From contig MU004236.1 of assembly GCA_010405405.1 (NCBI GenBank), positions 446,576-510,575 on the forward strand: DNA of 64,000 nt, given 5' to 3'. Made by a program: the position numbers and the translations under genes. Under the pieces are notes generated by a model. It worked only from the letters and a program-made list of their open reading frames with translations, was not told where the DNA came from and made no database searches. Numbering within the stretch: the stretch's first letter is position 1; the number at the start of each line of letters is the position of its first letter. The stretch is from Microthyrium microscopicum. Its lineage: Eukaryota. Of this stretch, positions 49,517 to 61,198 are shown one piece after another.

Positions 49517-50125
49517 CTACTTCTTGGGTTCGACTGTGGTCGTCCCACTATGGGTATCTGTCGCTGTCGCTTGATGCTGCGTATCCGTCGTTACCGTTCC
49601 ATTCTCCGTCCCTACCACCGTCTCCTCACTTCTATTACCCATAACACCCGTCTCCAACCCTCTCCCAGGCTCCTGCATCTCCTCCTGACAAACCCCATGC
49701 CCCTGTTGATACAGCATAGCAGCAACCTGCCCCTCCACCTTCCTCTGCCTCCTCCGTCTCCGTATGCCAATGATGACACAAACAATAACCAGCAATACCA
49801 TGCACCCCCCAACCACAGAGACGTAAATAATCTTGCGATCTAGTTTGCGATCTAGAGCGGCATTCTGTGCGTCTAGATCTGCAATGAGGTTGTTGTTGAT
49901 ACCTGTGTATGGTGTGTAGGTAGGAAGATATCCGGCGCCGCCGCAGGCGTTTGGCGTGTAGCCGCTGTCGGAGTAGATGGAGCAGAAGGATGGGGTGGTG
50001 GTTGCTGTTGTTCGTGTGCGGGTGCGGGTGCGGCTGCTGAGTGTGCTGGGGAGGCTGTTCCAGTCTGTGATGTATGTGTTTGATGGGGTTGCTGTTGCTA
50101 AGGACGCTGTGGTTGTTGTTGCCAT
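49517..50125 (-). CDS. Hypothetical single-pass membrane protein (Thr-rich N-terminus)
   Basis: 202-aa ORF. TM segment IIYVSVVGGCMVLLVIVCVIIGI followed by an RRRRR stop-transfer. Confidence 0.7.
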   Translation of the reverse strand: MATTTTASLATATPSNTYITDWNSLPSTLSSRTRTRTRTTATTTPSFCSIYSDSGYTPNACGGAGYLPTYTPYTGINNNLIADLDAQNAALDRKLDRKIIYVSVVGGCMVLLVIVCVIIGIRRRRRQRKVEGQVAAMLYQQGHGVCQEEMQEPGRGLETGVMGNRSEETVVGTENGTVTTDTQHQATATDTHSGTTTVEPKK

Positions 50126-51398
50126 GTTGGCTTATTTATATTGGAGGTATGTATGTATAGTAAAAGAAGTTGTAGATGCTCAGTGAACGACGTGTTGATA
50201 TGTTTCTAGTGAGTGTGATGATATCTCTGGATATGAATGAAGCGAACGACGATTACTATATGACTTATGGACATCTCAAATCTTCCTTGACCTTCTTCTG
50301 ACTCTTATAGCCACCATATGGGTCTTTAGTGACTCTTTCTTCAAAATCGAATTCAGGGTATCAACCCTGACATCGATCCAAGCATAGCCTCTTTCTTTAG
50401 ATATTCAATACTTGGCGAATCCTTCTGCATCCTTCTGCCAGGAATAACATAACAAACAGGGTCTTAAGTTCATATAATTATATTGGCTTGTCCAACACGA
50501 CAAGTCGCTAGCCTTGCTATTTTGAGTAGTTCAGATGGTAATGCTTGTTGACGTTGCACGCCTGTATGATTCTTTTAGTGGTAACGTCGTCGAGTCAATA
50601 ATCGATTTTCGCGGCACAGTAACTTGAATTCCTTGCCAGTTGGAGATCATGGCCAAGCAATTCGTTCGTGACTGACTACCTCGCTATTGTTTATACTTCA
50701 CGACAGAAAATGCTCGTGGTAGGGCTGCTGGTAGCTCTATTCCTGGCCACACCCCTACCATCGTAAAGAGCCGTTTTATTCTTCTATACATTCTGTATAA
50801 CTACTAGTCTCCTTCTTGAAGTTGGAAAATCGATGTATGCCGAGCGAAGCGAGAGCATCTGACTCTGTGCCTACTGCAGTACCTATGTATGGAATGATAT
50901 TCGAACAGGGACTTGAGTTTACAACTTCAACATAATTTATGGATAAACGTAGTTCTCGTGCATGTCCAAAGTCTGTTGAGGGTGAAAGTTAAAGATCGGA
51001 GATGTTATGAGTAGTTGACCTAAACTGTAGTATGACATACATACCACGAGCACAGCCGTCAAACAGTTCGCGTTGATACCGCCACACTTTGCAAACAGAG
51101 ATATATGTCACATCTATTCGAATTATGGCTCTATCTTGGAGTAACTTAGCCGTTTGTCTGTCAGGGCAGACTCATAAGCTCTCGCGCAGTGACTGCAGCG
51201 TGACAAAGGCAAAAAGAACTCGTTTGTCAAACCGTTTCCAACACTTCAAACTAATACCATAATGGATGGGGAATGCTCTTTCTTACAACATATTGGTAAA
51301 GCTTCTATCATGCACATTCATTTAATGTCTTTTGTGTATTCGTGCGAAACTCAACTCAACTCCTCAATCACTTCCTTTGAAAGGCTGCAATCAGCTGT

Positions 51399-52411
51399 AT
51401 GTCTATCTCAATGGTATCGCTTTCACCGATAGGCTATATTCCCATTCCCATTCCATATGAGATAGAAGTACTCTCTCCTGCCCAGAGAGGCGCCCGCTAC
51501 AACTCAGCTAAAATCGATGTTTTCGTAGACATCATCGGTTCAAATCGCCGACAGAAAATACTTGCAGACTACCCGCTACGACTGCTTCAAACGATCCTCC
51601 CAAAGTTCTGTGGACGCTTCAACATCAATAGACCGGGCCAGCCTGTAGTCCTACCAGCACATATCTCCGATGCAAATCTATTTGTCACATACTGCCAATG
51701 GGGCAGTGAGCTCGTAACACATCATGATACTCTCTCAAGCCGTGGGTCTTTGCAGATTCCAGTGGACCGCCAGGATATCAAGGACATTATGAGTAAATAC
51801 CAGATGCTACGATTCATGGAGCTGTACTCGTATAAGATTGCTGAACTTGAAGCTCTTCATTACTTCAAGGACCGCACGCCAACTGTCGGAGAGATGGACT
51901 TGCTCTTTGTGACATTGGACGGACGCGAGACGACGGACATCATCCTTCGACGTTATGTTGAGACTGCACATTTGGGTCTTGGTATGGCGATTGCCGAGGA
52001 TGAGCTCACTGCTCACATGGAGCGCAGACATTCACAGAGCGCACAATTCATGGTCTGGATCCGTTCGACAAGGGATCCAGAATATCACAATTTTCTGGAG
52101 CGGAAGAGAAGTCTGGCACGGGATTATGTCAAGACACATTGTGGTAATGGGCTAAGCGACGAAGAAGCGGCTGTGAGAACTATGGAGTATCTCAATGATC
52201 ACAATGTAGCTCTTGAGCCCAAGAATGATCGCATGCTGCGACCGATGGAAGTAGACTATCTTGTCTGTTTCTCCGAACATCAGTCTAAAGATCATAGGCA
52301 AGTAATCTTCAGCTGAAGCTCACAAGTCACAAGCTAATATTAGATTATAGCATTCTGGCTAAACGTCATGAGGACGCGATAGCTGAGCAGATTGAGAAGG
52401 GTCTCATTTAG
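51399..52411 (+). CDS. Hypothetical protein, possible degenerate BTB/POZ-like domain (intron ~52300-52351)
   Basis: 305-codon ORF plus a short last exon. VVLPAHISDANLFVTYCQW resembles the fungal BTB 'LP..D...F..Y..W' segment; this is a weak match. Confidence 0.6.
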
Positions 52412-52582
52412 GTTCCAAGCTCTTTTCGTTGATGCTTGGGTGAACATTGACCATGACGAAGCTATCATTAGATGAGCTAGCAATATACGTTGCGGCCTGT
52501 CAATGCAGCTTCTACATTATGCGCGCCGACTACACAATACCCGGCGACGAGTAGCCAAGAAATATTGAGAGCGCTAGAGACT

Positions 52583-53806
52583 CTATAGAAGGACTGCAAA
52601 GCGCTCCCGAACTGCTGCGGCGTCAGCCATTCGTTTTCCAAACTCATACTCGTCAATCAATGCTAGCGTCGCGTGTCTTGCATGATATTTAGTTCTTGTG
52701 TCTTTCGGTCGTCTTGCCAATGCTTGCTGCGTCTGCGAATGTCTCTGCTGAACAACTCCCAAAGCTTCTTCTCGTCGATATTCCCGCCTTGACTGATCGG
52801 CCAACTCACATGCCCAGCTAAAATAGCTAGAAGTTTCCACATTCATTGAATTCCAGACAGCAGCCTTGAGCGCTAGAGCCTCATCAATCTAACCTGCGCG
52901 TCTGTGCATGACGATGAGCTGTCGTGCCCATGCGATGTACTCGTTGCTGCCGCAGCGGAGATGGGTCAGGATACGTTGTTGTTCCGCAATCGCATCGTCG
53001 GTGCGGCCTGCGCGAGTATATTCGCTTACAAGATGTCGTGCCCAGAAAAGTTAGCGATCGACATTGCCGTTCTCGACATACCTCATACATGTCATTCTCG
53101 AAGTCGACAGCGTCTTGGATGGATGTGTGCTGGCTACCATCTTCGAGGGCACGGAATGTTCTCACTACGCGATTGCCCCATTCGAGGCTGTCAGTCTCTT
53201 CAACGGCGAGCGAATTAATATTTCTTGTTCGACCAGTAGTTGGTCCCGAAGCTGGCCTAGCCCGGCGTAGTTCTTGGTCAGTTTGTCAGGCACAGCATAG
53301 CAATACCTTGGTAGACGATTCAAGCCGACTCGTGGTATGACATTCGAAGCGTCCGGGTTCCCATTTTTCGCGGCAAGTTGGGAGTTGGCTTTATAGCCGG
53401 AGAGTATGTTCAAGTACGCACGCTTAGGAGAGCCTGCCACTTGCCTTGTTGGCTAGAACGTTGCCTCGAGTAGAGGCGACACAAATGAAGACACCATAAG
53501 TAGTAGCGAGTATCACGATGTATCTTTTCGCAACGGCTCAATCGCTTCACGAATGATTATGGCTTCGTTTATAGGCTTGGTTTTCATGCGGGCTGTCACT
53601 ACTTTAGCATGATTGTAAGGGTCGTCCTCATGCGATGTGATGATTTCGGTACGTAGGACCATGGAAAGGAGTGCCGTTCTTCTCTCGTAGAAAGAGTCCA
53701 ATATCCGACGGCTTGAAAGTATGGCGCCGTGTAAATCATCTAAAGAAGAAAGTTGACTAAGGATTTCGATCCAGACATCGTTTGTGAGTGAAGTGACTGG
53801 TGCCAT
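52583..53806 (-). pseudogene. Disrupted F-box-like protein with ~38-aa TPR-like helical repeats
   Basis: N-terminal SLTNDVWIEILSQLSSLDDLHGAILSSRRI. Repeats WARHLVSEYTRAGRTDDAIA, WARQLIVMHRRAG*IDEALA and WACELADQSRREYRREEALG. About four frameshifts and an in-frame TAG at 52889-52891. Confidence 0.72.
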
Positions 53807-54762
53807 GGTGACTGGATTGAAAATATTGGCAACCGGTGATCACGTTTTGCAAGAATGTTCTAGACCTAATTTTCGAGTGCGTATTCAGCAGTGGTGAAAA
53901 ATATTGAGAGTGGTAAATGAAATATATAAGAAGGACTAAGGAAGAAAATGTCGGGGGTTTGTTGTTGTTGCAATTCGGAGTACTGCTAGTGCATTTGACA
54001 GCCAGCCACGAGTCCAAAACAGCTCTGTGATTCCAGAATTCAGTCTGTCTGCTAAAGAAGTGTCAAAGAGTCTTCTGTTTGAGTTTCGAAATACAGCTCG
54101 AGCTTTTGGTTGAGTAATCGTCCAGTCAAGTCAGTAATCGGGGTAGTCCTTTGTCAGAGAAGGTTGGGAGTTGTAGAGCGAATCGAACCAAGATAGGGGA
54201 CCGACTCAAAGTGGCGTTCTGTGCTAAAAATAGATTGCGACTTACTCAGAGTACTCTGAGTACTCTGACCCAGCACTTGGGTTGGTATGAATTGATGATA
54301 GCAGGGATGAGGTATCAGAATTGAGAAGATATCAAATGTTCTTTTCTGTAGCAGTTACACTTGTAATCTACTCTACAAATAGCAGAAACTTGAGTTACGC
54401 CAAAATATAATTTCCGTCGTTTGGAGTTCAACTTTGAGGCTTCATTTACGAAGGTGCTACTGATATCTACGTAGAAACAGCCTGCTTAAGCCGAAAATTG
54501 GCGGTGACTCGTAGCGAATGTGGCGAATATGGGATCAAACGAACAAAATTATATCATAAAATATATTGCATACATGAGACGCCATAATTTGGTTACTTTT
54601 TTTGTATCCCGCCCGCACTTTCCTGGCCCCGACTAAAGAACCTTTGAAAGCTGGCAACTTCAACTCCTCACGATCACACCAACTCTCTCCATCTCATAAT
54701 GTTCATCACCTGAACACGAGTTTCAACAATCCCAGACTGCGAAGTACCCTCGAGGTATCAAA

Positions 54763-56571
54763 ATGACTATCCTGGATTCTTTCAAAAACTTGCCAGTGCC
54801 AATCTTATTGCCAGCTTCAGTTGCTGGATTGGCCGTGCTCTACACCGCAAATGTACCAGCGACTGCGCGAATACCTATCGCCGCGAGTTTGCTAGCCGTC
54901 GCCTTCATTGGTCTTACGCACATCTTTACTCGGCTGCGCTACTCGTACCAATTATCTCAAATAAAGTCTCCAGGCTCGAAAACTCTTGAACCACCACAGA
55001 TCTACTACTCGCTTCCCTTTCTAGGAAATGCTCTCGATTTCTTGGCGCCTGGGCCAGGACTATTCTGGAAGCAATTATTCAAATCCCACCCGAGAGACAC
55101 TGGAGCATGTACACTCCTCTTAGGCGGACTTCCAACCCACATCTTGTTTGATCCAACCGCAGTGCAGGCCATTTTCAAAGCAAAAGGTCCAAACCGAGAT
55201 CGATTCAATGAACAAGTTATGGGCAGTGGCTTCGGGTTTCCTAGGAGCGAGGTGGTCAAATTCTTTGCGCTTGGCCAGCCGGCCAGTTTTGAATACAATG
55301 GCAGAGAAGGCCTAACTGCAAGAGAGAAACAAGAGGCTATTTCGCACGAGTATTTGATGAAAACGGACGCCGTGAACGAATTGACCTCCACATTTGTCTT
55401 TCATATGCGCAAAAGTTTGAACTCTGATGACCGGCTTGCAAAGGGCCAATCTCTAGAAATCGGCTTGGTGGAATACTTACGACCACATCTATTCAAAGCT
55501 TCAATAGTCGCCTTGATGGGAGAGAGACTTTTGGAAATATATCCTGAGCTCTCTACAGATTTTTGGGAGTTTGACAAGTATATGCTGACCCTATTCTTCG
55601 GGCTGCCTCGATTTGTGTCACCAAAAGCATACAAGGCCTTGGAAAAATGCAAAGCCGGCATGCTACGGCAGCAAGAGATTTGCTTCAAAGAATGTAATGG
55701 TGAGCCAGAGGATCCCAGTGGCTCAGTTGGCTGGGAACCAATCTGGGGAAGCCGGGCTAACAGGTCTCGCCAATGTTTCTACAAAGAGGTTGATATGTTG
55801 CCGTCTTCCAAGGTAAGTCATTTCCTGTTCCATGATCCCATGTTGTGCTACCTTGTATCTTACACACTATAGGCGGCAGCCGATTTGGCCTTCATGTTCG
55901 GTATTGCGAGTAATGCCATCCCCGCCGCGGGTTGGTTCTTGATGCATCTACTTGATCCCTATGGAGACCAGACACTACTTCCCAGATTGATGAAAGAATT
56001 GAAGACCGCACAACGGCCGGATGGAAGCCTGGATGTCTCTACACTCTGTGGACTGACTTTGCTTCAAAGCATGTGGCAGGAAATTCTTCGTCTTTACACA
56101 GACGTGTTAGTAACTCGCGATACGAGACAAGATATTACACTACCCTTCGATGAGGGGAAGAAGAAGATGCTTTTCCGTGCTGGATCGGTCATAATGGCTC
56201 CTTCATATCTGGGTCACCACGATGAGCGAGCCTGGATGGACCCGCCATGCGAACAATTCTACGCTGAGCGATTCCTTGTGGACAATCCAGAGACTGGTCT
56301 TTCTCAATTCTCGATGAACGGCACTCCTGGCAAGCTATTTCCTTTCGGAGGCGGCAAGACGATTTGCCCCGGCCGAATATTTGCGAAGCAGGAGGTTTTG
56401 GCTAGTGTTGCCATGGTCTTATTGACCTTTGATTTTGATTTTGTCTCTTATACTGACTTGGGAGGGAACAAAACATCAAGGTTTCCTGGTCCTGCGGATG
56501 TCTTCCAAGGCACCGGAGTCATTGCAGGCAATGGTGACGTGAGAGTTCGTATCAAGAGGAAGTTGACTTAA
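54763..56571 (+). CDS. Cytochrome P450 (CYP7/prostacyclin-synthase-like group; intron 55813-55872)
   Basis: N-terminal TM, PPQIYYSLPFLGNAL, I-helix ASNAIPAAGW, EILR (ExxR), AERF, heme motif FGGGKTICPGRIFA. Confidence 0.93.
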
Positions 56572-56998
56572 TGATTATGTTCATGTATTCTGGCGAGAGT
56601 TGTAGTATGGCTAAAATCGGCTTTGAATATTCTCCCCCTCTTACTGCACATGCACCTTCCCATTGAAGCGGTGGGTACTTGATTTAGGGAAGGAGCGAAT
56701 TTCACGAAGTAGGAGCACTGGAACAATTGAACTTGCCTCTCTGACAGTTATGCTGTTCAGTGCGGAAGGAGCGCTAGGTTCCGTTACTAGGCAGCGATTC
56801 TCCCTTGTTACCGTTGCTGTCTGCTCGATTCCCAGCGGTTCTCGCTCCCAAACTATTTACACACTCTTTTCCGGTTGATCTTTCTCTTACCGTATAGTCA
56901 AAGTCTAAGAGCTGTGGCATACTAAGGTGCTTGGTATCTATGGTTCTGGGTGCTTAAATTGATTTGACGAGGTTGCACGATAAAGTTGCAGTTTGAAC

Positions 56999-58696
56999 AT
57001 GGCCACGACACTGTAAAGTTTCTGGATAATTATTGAGAAATGTTTATTCTAACGCTCGTCTAGGCCCTATATTCGATTGAATGGCGAAGGCAGATGGGGC
57101 GACAGAATCATTGCTGTCAGGGTGAAGTCCACTACCGAGAATCCGCGATTTCAAGATTGTAAAGGCAAAGACGTCTTCTTTCTCGTTGACGACAAACCCT
57201 GGATCGGCATTGAAGCCCCGGATATTCTGGGCAGAACAATCCACTATGCTTATCAGGACTTCAAGATGCATCCCGAGGACTTTGAATGGGCTTCGGGATT
57301 TCAGCCAAAGATGCATATGCTCCGGCGTGGTGGTCCCATTACGCTCGCAGATCAAACCAACCACATGAAGTTCTTGAGAGACCAATTTCAAGTCATATTG
57401 GGTCGTCGATTCTACATCGCCGACCCGTCCCCCAAACCCATTCATACAGCGTCGTCGCACGGCACTGAAACAGACGGTCCACGCAGCGGGCAGGTCGAAC
57501 TACCCATACCTCGCATTAAGCCCCCCATCATGACAACACCAGTCCCAACTAGTCAACCTGTGATGCCCAATGTGGTTGCACAGGCAGCAAACTATTTGCA
57601 GACTTCGTTGTCTGGCCCGTCTTCAGCTCCGGATCATGCGAACAACCAACATTGCGAGGCTATTGCGCTGTTCAAGCGACTTATGCGAGGTGAGCATTTA
57701 TCATACCCTCAAATTGAAAAGGCCCTGAAATGGATGCTGCTGGTCCATCGTGGCTATGACATAACCGTTACCTCTGAGGACATACTGTTCGTTGTCTTCC
57801 AAATTCAGTTCAACATTTTCACTCCGGACACATACCTGTCGCCAGCTTTGCAAGAGAGAATCATAAAGGCTATGCATCGACGACAGGCGCAACGTTTTCC
57901 GTCACAGCAAGCTCCCCTTCAACGGGCTCCTCTTCAACAAATACTTGTTCATCAACCTCCTGTTCAGCAGGCTCCTGTTCAAGACGCATTTGTCCAACGA
58001 CCTCCCTTTCAACAAGCTCGTGCTAAACAAGCTTCTGTTCAACAAACTCCTGGTCAATTTTTGCCTGCGGAACAACTTCATGGACATCAGGTTCCTAAAC
58101 AGCAATACCCTGCACAACAGCTTCCTGCACAAGACCTTCAATCGTTCTTAGCTGGCCACCGGCCTATCGCCCCTCAACCCTTATCTTCTATCACTCCGAT
58201 ACCAGTGCTGCAGAACCCTATTGTCATTGCCTCCACTTCTTCTCCAGAAGAACAGGAAAATGAAGAGGTGGATGACTCATCTATCATTCTGATTTCCGAG
58301 AAGAGTGCAAGTGACAAGACTGTCAACAGGACCAATAGTGGAATTCATGTCTGCTCATATTGCGGAAAGAGGTTTAGTCGTCCCTGCGATTTTACCAAGC
58401 ACGAAAAGCAACACACTCGTCCTTTCAAATGCCCGGAAATCGATTGTCAGTACCATGAGGTCGGATGGCCAACACTACAAGAACTTAATCGACACATCAA
58501 TGACAAGCACTCTCCCACCCCAAAACTGGTCTCCTGTCAGTTCGAGGGCTGTTCGTTCTCTAGCACGCGAGAATCTAACATGAAATACCACATGGAACAA
58601 AAACACAACTGGACTTATGTTCGTGCCAGGGGCCATGGAAGCTTGAAGAAGAGAAAGCAAGACGAGGTTGACTTTGACAATGATGGAGAACACTGA
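56999..58696 (+). CDS. C2H2 zinc-finger transcription factor with an Ace1/SltA-type triple finger
   Basis: Probable first exon ATGGCCACGACACT plus intron 57013-57063. Fingers CSYCGKRFSRPCDFTKHEKQHTRPFKCP..YHEVGWPT..RHINDKH..C..C..RESNMKYHMEQKHNWTYVR. Confidence 0.82.
57905..58144 (+). repeat. Degenerate 15-nt (pentapeptide QQAPx) coding tandem repeat, ~16 units
   Basis: QQAPL QRAPL QQILV HQPPV QQAPV QDAFV QRPPF QQARA KQASV QQTPG QFLPA EQLHG HQVPK QQYPA QQLPA QDLQS. Confidence 0.8.
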
Positions 58697-59904
58697 CTGT
58701 TCACTCAAATACACAGGTGTGGTAGCATCAAGTGCCTTGATGCTACTTTGACAACAAAAAGTTAGCTTGTTTTTTCAATGTAGATATTCAAACCACACGC
58801 ACTCATGAAGGCTTGAGCAGCTCTATTGAACTTTCTATACTTCCCTTTGATTTCCTTTACTCAGTCGCCTAATCAGCTCTAGAGATCCGATCCCCTATTC
58901 AATCAGCTGGTTCGTCGCCGCTCTGCGCTCATGTCTTCCACTATTGTCTTGACTGCTTGCTGGCACTCCCCAGCGTTCGGCAGATCGTCCGTTGAACCAT
59001 ATTAATTGGTACGAACACAATTGAAGAAGTTAATGTAGTCGATGTTTTGACTGTTCAAGCCACGCGCAATGCGTTCAGCAACCATTATTAACATGTTAGC
59101 AGACTTATCGTTTTTCCTTGGGCAGCGTAACTTTGTAGCTTGCGATGAGCTGATCAGCGAACAGTCATAGAGGCGCCCCAGCAAGCCCGTGGAATGCAAC
59201 AGGTCGAGATATTCGTATGGATGGACGAGGTCAACATGCCCGAGGATGACACGAAGAAACACAATTGATTGGGGGACTAAAACAAGCAGGTCGGTGAGCA
59301 GTCGGTCAACCATATATCTGCTGAGATGTGCATTTATGAAAGTATTCAAGCCCGGATGCAGTGCTTTCCCGCAGTGATTGGGTATTCAATACTTGTTATA
59401 CACAAAGATACTTGATAATTGCGTTGATATGCCACCCAATTCAATTGCTTACTGCTTTTGATCGACTTACTATACAAATATGCCACTTTTAGTTTTCAGG
59501 GTTTGCAAAGTCATGGCAAACGTCGTAAATGTCCCTGGTCGATTAGAAATTTGTACAAGATCGAGTTTTTGAATTTGATGTATCACAATATACAGCTTGT
59601 CAGCGCCACAATTATAGCCAGTAAAACCTAATGTTTAAGCTTCACCATATGGAATATCCGTCCAAGTCATATAGACTGTCCATATCTTGCCCCGAATGAT
59701 TCTGATATCATGAAAAATATCTTTGGTGTTACAAGCAGGCAGCAGCCTCTCCTAGTTCCGTTTCAGGAGCTTCCATTGCTGGTCACTTGGGAAACGCACA
59801 GAATCTCCAACACACTCTAGATCGTCAAAGTTGGTCTCCGACTCTACTGTCCTGAGCAAATATCTCAATCAATCATCTCTCGCTCTCCCACAAACCAGCC
59901 GGCT

Positions 59905-60569
59905 ATGTCCACCCGTGGTCTCATTGGCTTTCGCCGTCAAGGACAACGCAAAGCAACCTACAACCATTTCGATTCTTATCCAAGAGGCCTCGGCCGCGAC
60001 ATTTCACAGTGGGTTAACAGCCTTACTCCGGAATAGATTCAAAAAATGTTGGAGCGGGTCGGGATGATCACATACCTAAGGTGGATGAGGAAAGCACGCC
60101 CGACGACGACATTCAAAAGAAATACACTGATCTTGGATACCGCCACGAACGAGTCGGCAAACAGACAGCAAGCGATTGGTTTGACTTACTGTATCGGACT
60201 CAAGGAGCAGCAATGTTGCCAGAGGTTCTCGAGGGTCGACTGTTGCATTTGACCGAAAAAACAAGCTTCCTTCAGAACGAAATTTTCTGCGAATGGGCTT
60301 ATTTCATCAATCATGTATGTGAGGATGCTTCATTCTTGGAAATTTCTAGCTGACTGCAGACACAGGAAAACAAGGAAATCAAGGTGTGGAAATCTGGCAA
60401 AATGCTCGACAAGGGAATCAAGTTCGCAGACTTCAATGAGGAGTGCATCCAGCGCCCTCAAAAAATCCGAAAAATCCTGGCTCGGCGAGAAGTGAGTTAT
60501 GTGCGCTTTGAGCAAGACATTGTTCCTCAAAAGCTAGTCGTCGGCGACATGACTTACTGGAAGGTTTGA
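59905..60569 (+). pseudogene. Disrupted 'MSTRG..YNHxDSYPxGLG' family hypothetical protein
   Basis: MSTRGLIGFRRQGQRKATYNHFDSYPRGLGRDISQWVNSLTPE*IQKMLERV with TAG at 60034. Frameshift near 60073-60080, then VDEESTP..DWFDLLYRTQG..FCEWAYFIN and an intron at ~60315-60365. Confidence 0.72.
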
Positions 60570-61198
60570 TACTCCTTCATGGTTAGCCTACCTTGGGACT
60601 AACCTGCGTCGGTTGAAACAGCATCAAGGTCCCTAAGTATAGATTTATTGAACAGAAACAATGCTTTGAATTCGGGCTCGGAGGGAAACTTTAGACGAGT
60701 TGAGCCACATCCAATCATCCATTGTTTTTATATTAAATCTTACTCACTTCAACTTTCCATTGACATGAGATACTTCACTAGCAGGCATTCACGACCCTCT
60801 GAAAACATTGTTTGGTGCATTTACGTTAGCTAACGGGCAGCTCCTTAAGAGGTTCATTTGATCGAGTAGCTTATACCTGGTTGAGTGTGCTCTGTTGACG
60901 AAAAGTATAGTGAGAGGCTTTCTCGGTGGGAAACATGCAGCGAATAGAGCATTCGACCAATGAGTTCTCAAGCCCTTATACTTTCAAAGCTGATGATATT
61001 CAATATACAGACTGATGACTCTATCTACATGTGCTTGTTATGCTGGATGTCATTCATTGAGTCTGCCGAAACTAAGCACATTGCAATATATTCATACAAA
61101 TATAAAGGGATGCCGGATTCACTGCAATGCATTTGTTCATAACTTATCATTCTAGTCCTTCTTTGCCCTAATTCTTGTTCTGAGATACATCGGTCATT

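Noticed and set aside
54175..54200. GGTTCGATTC on the minus strand, resembling a tRNA T-loop
   Set aside because: The flanks do not form a T-stem and there is no cloverleaf.
60034..60036. In-frame TAG codons (also 52889) as A-to-I editable 'premature stops'
   Set aside because: Both genes also carry frameshifts, and Gln (CAG) fits the context better than Trp. Simple decay is more parsimonious.
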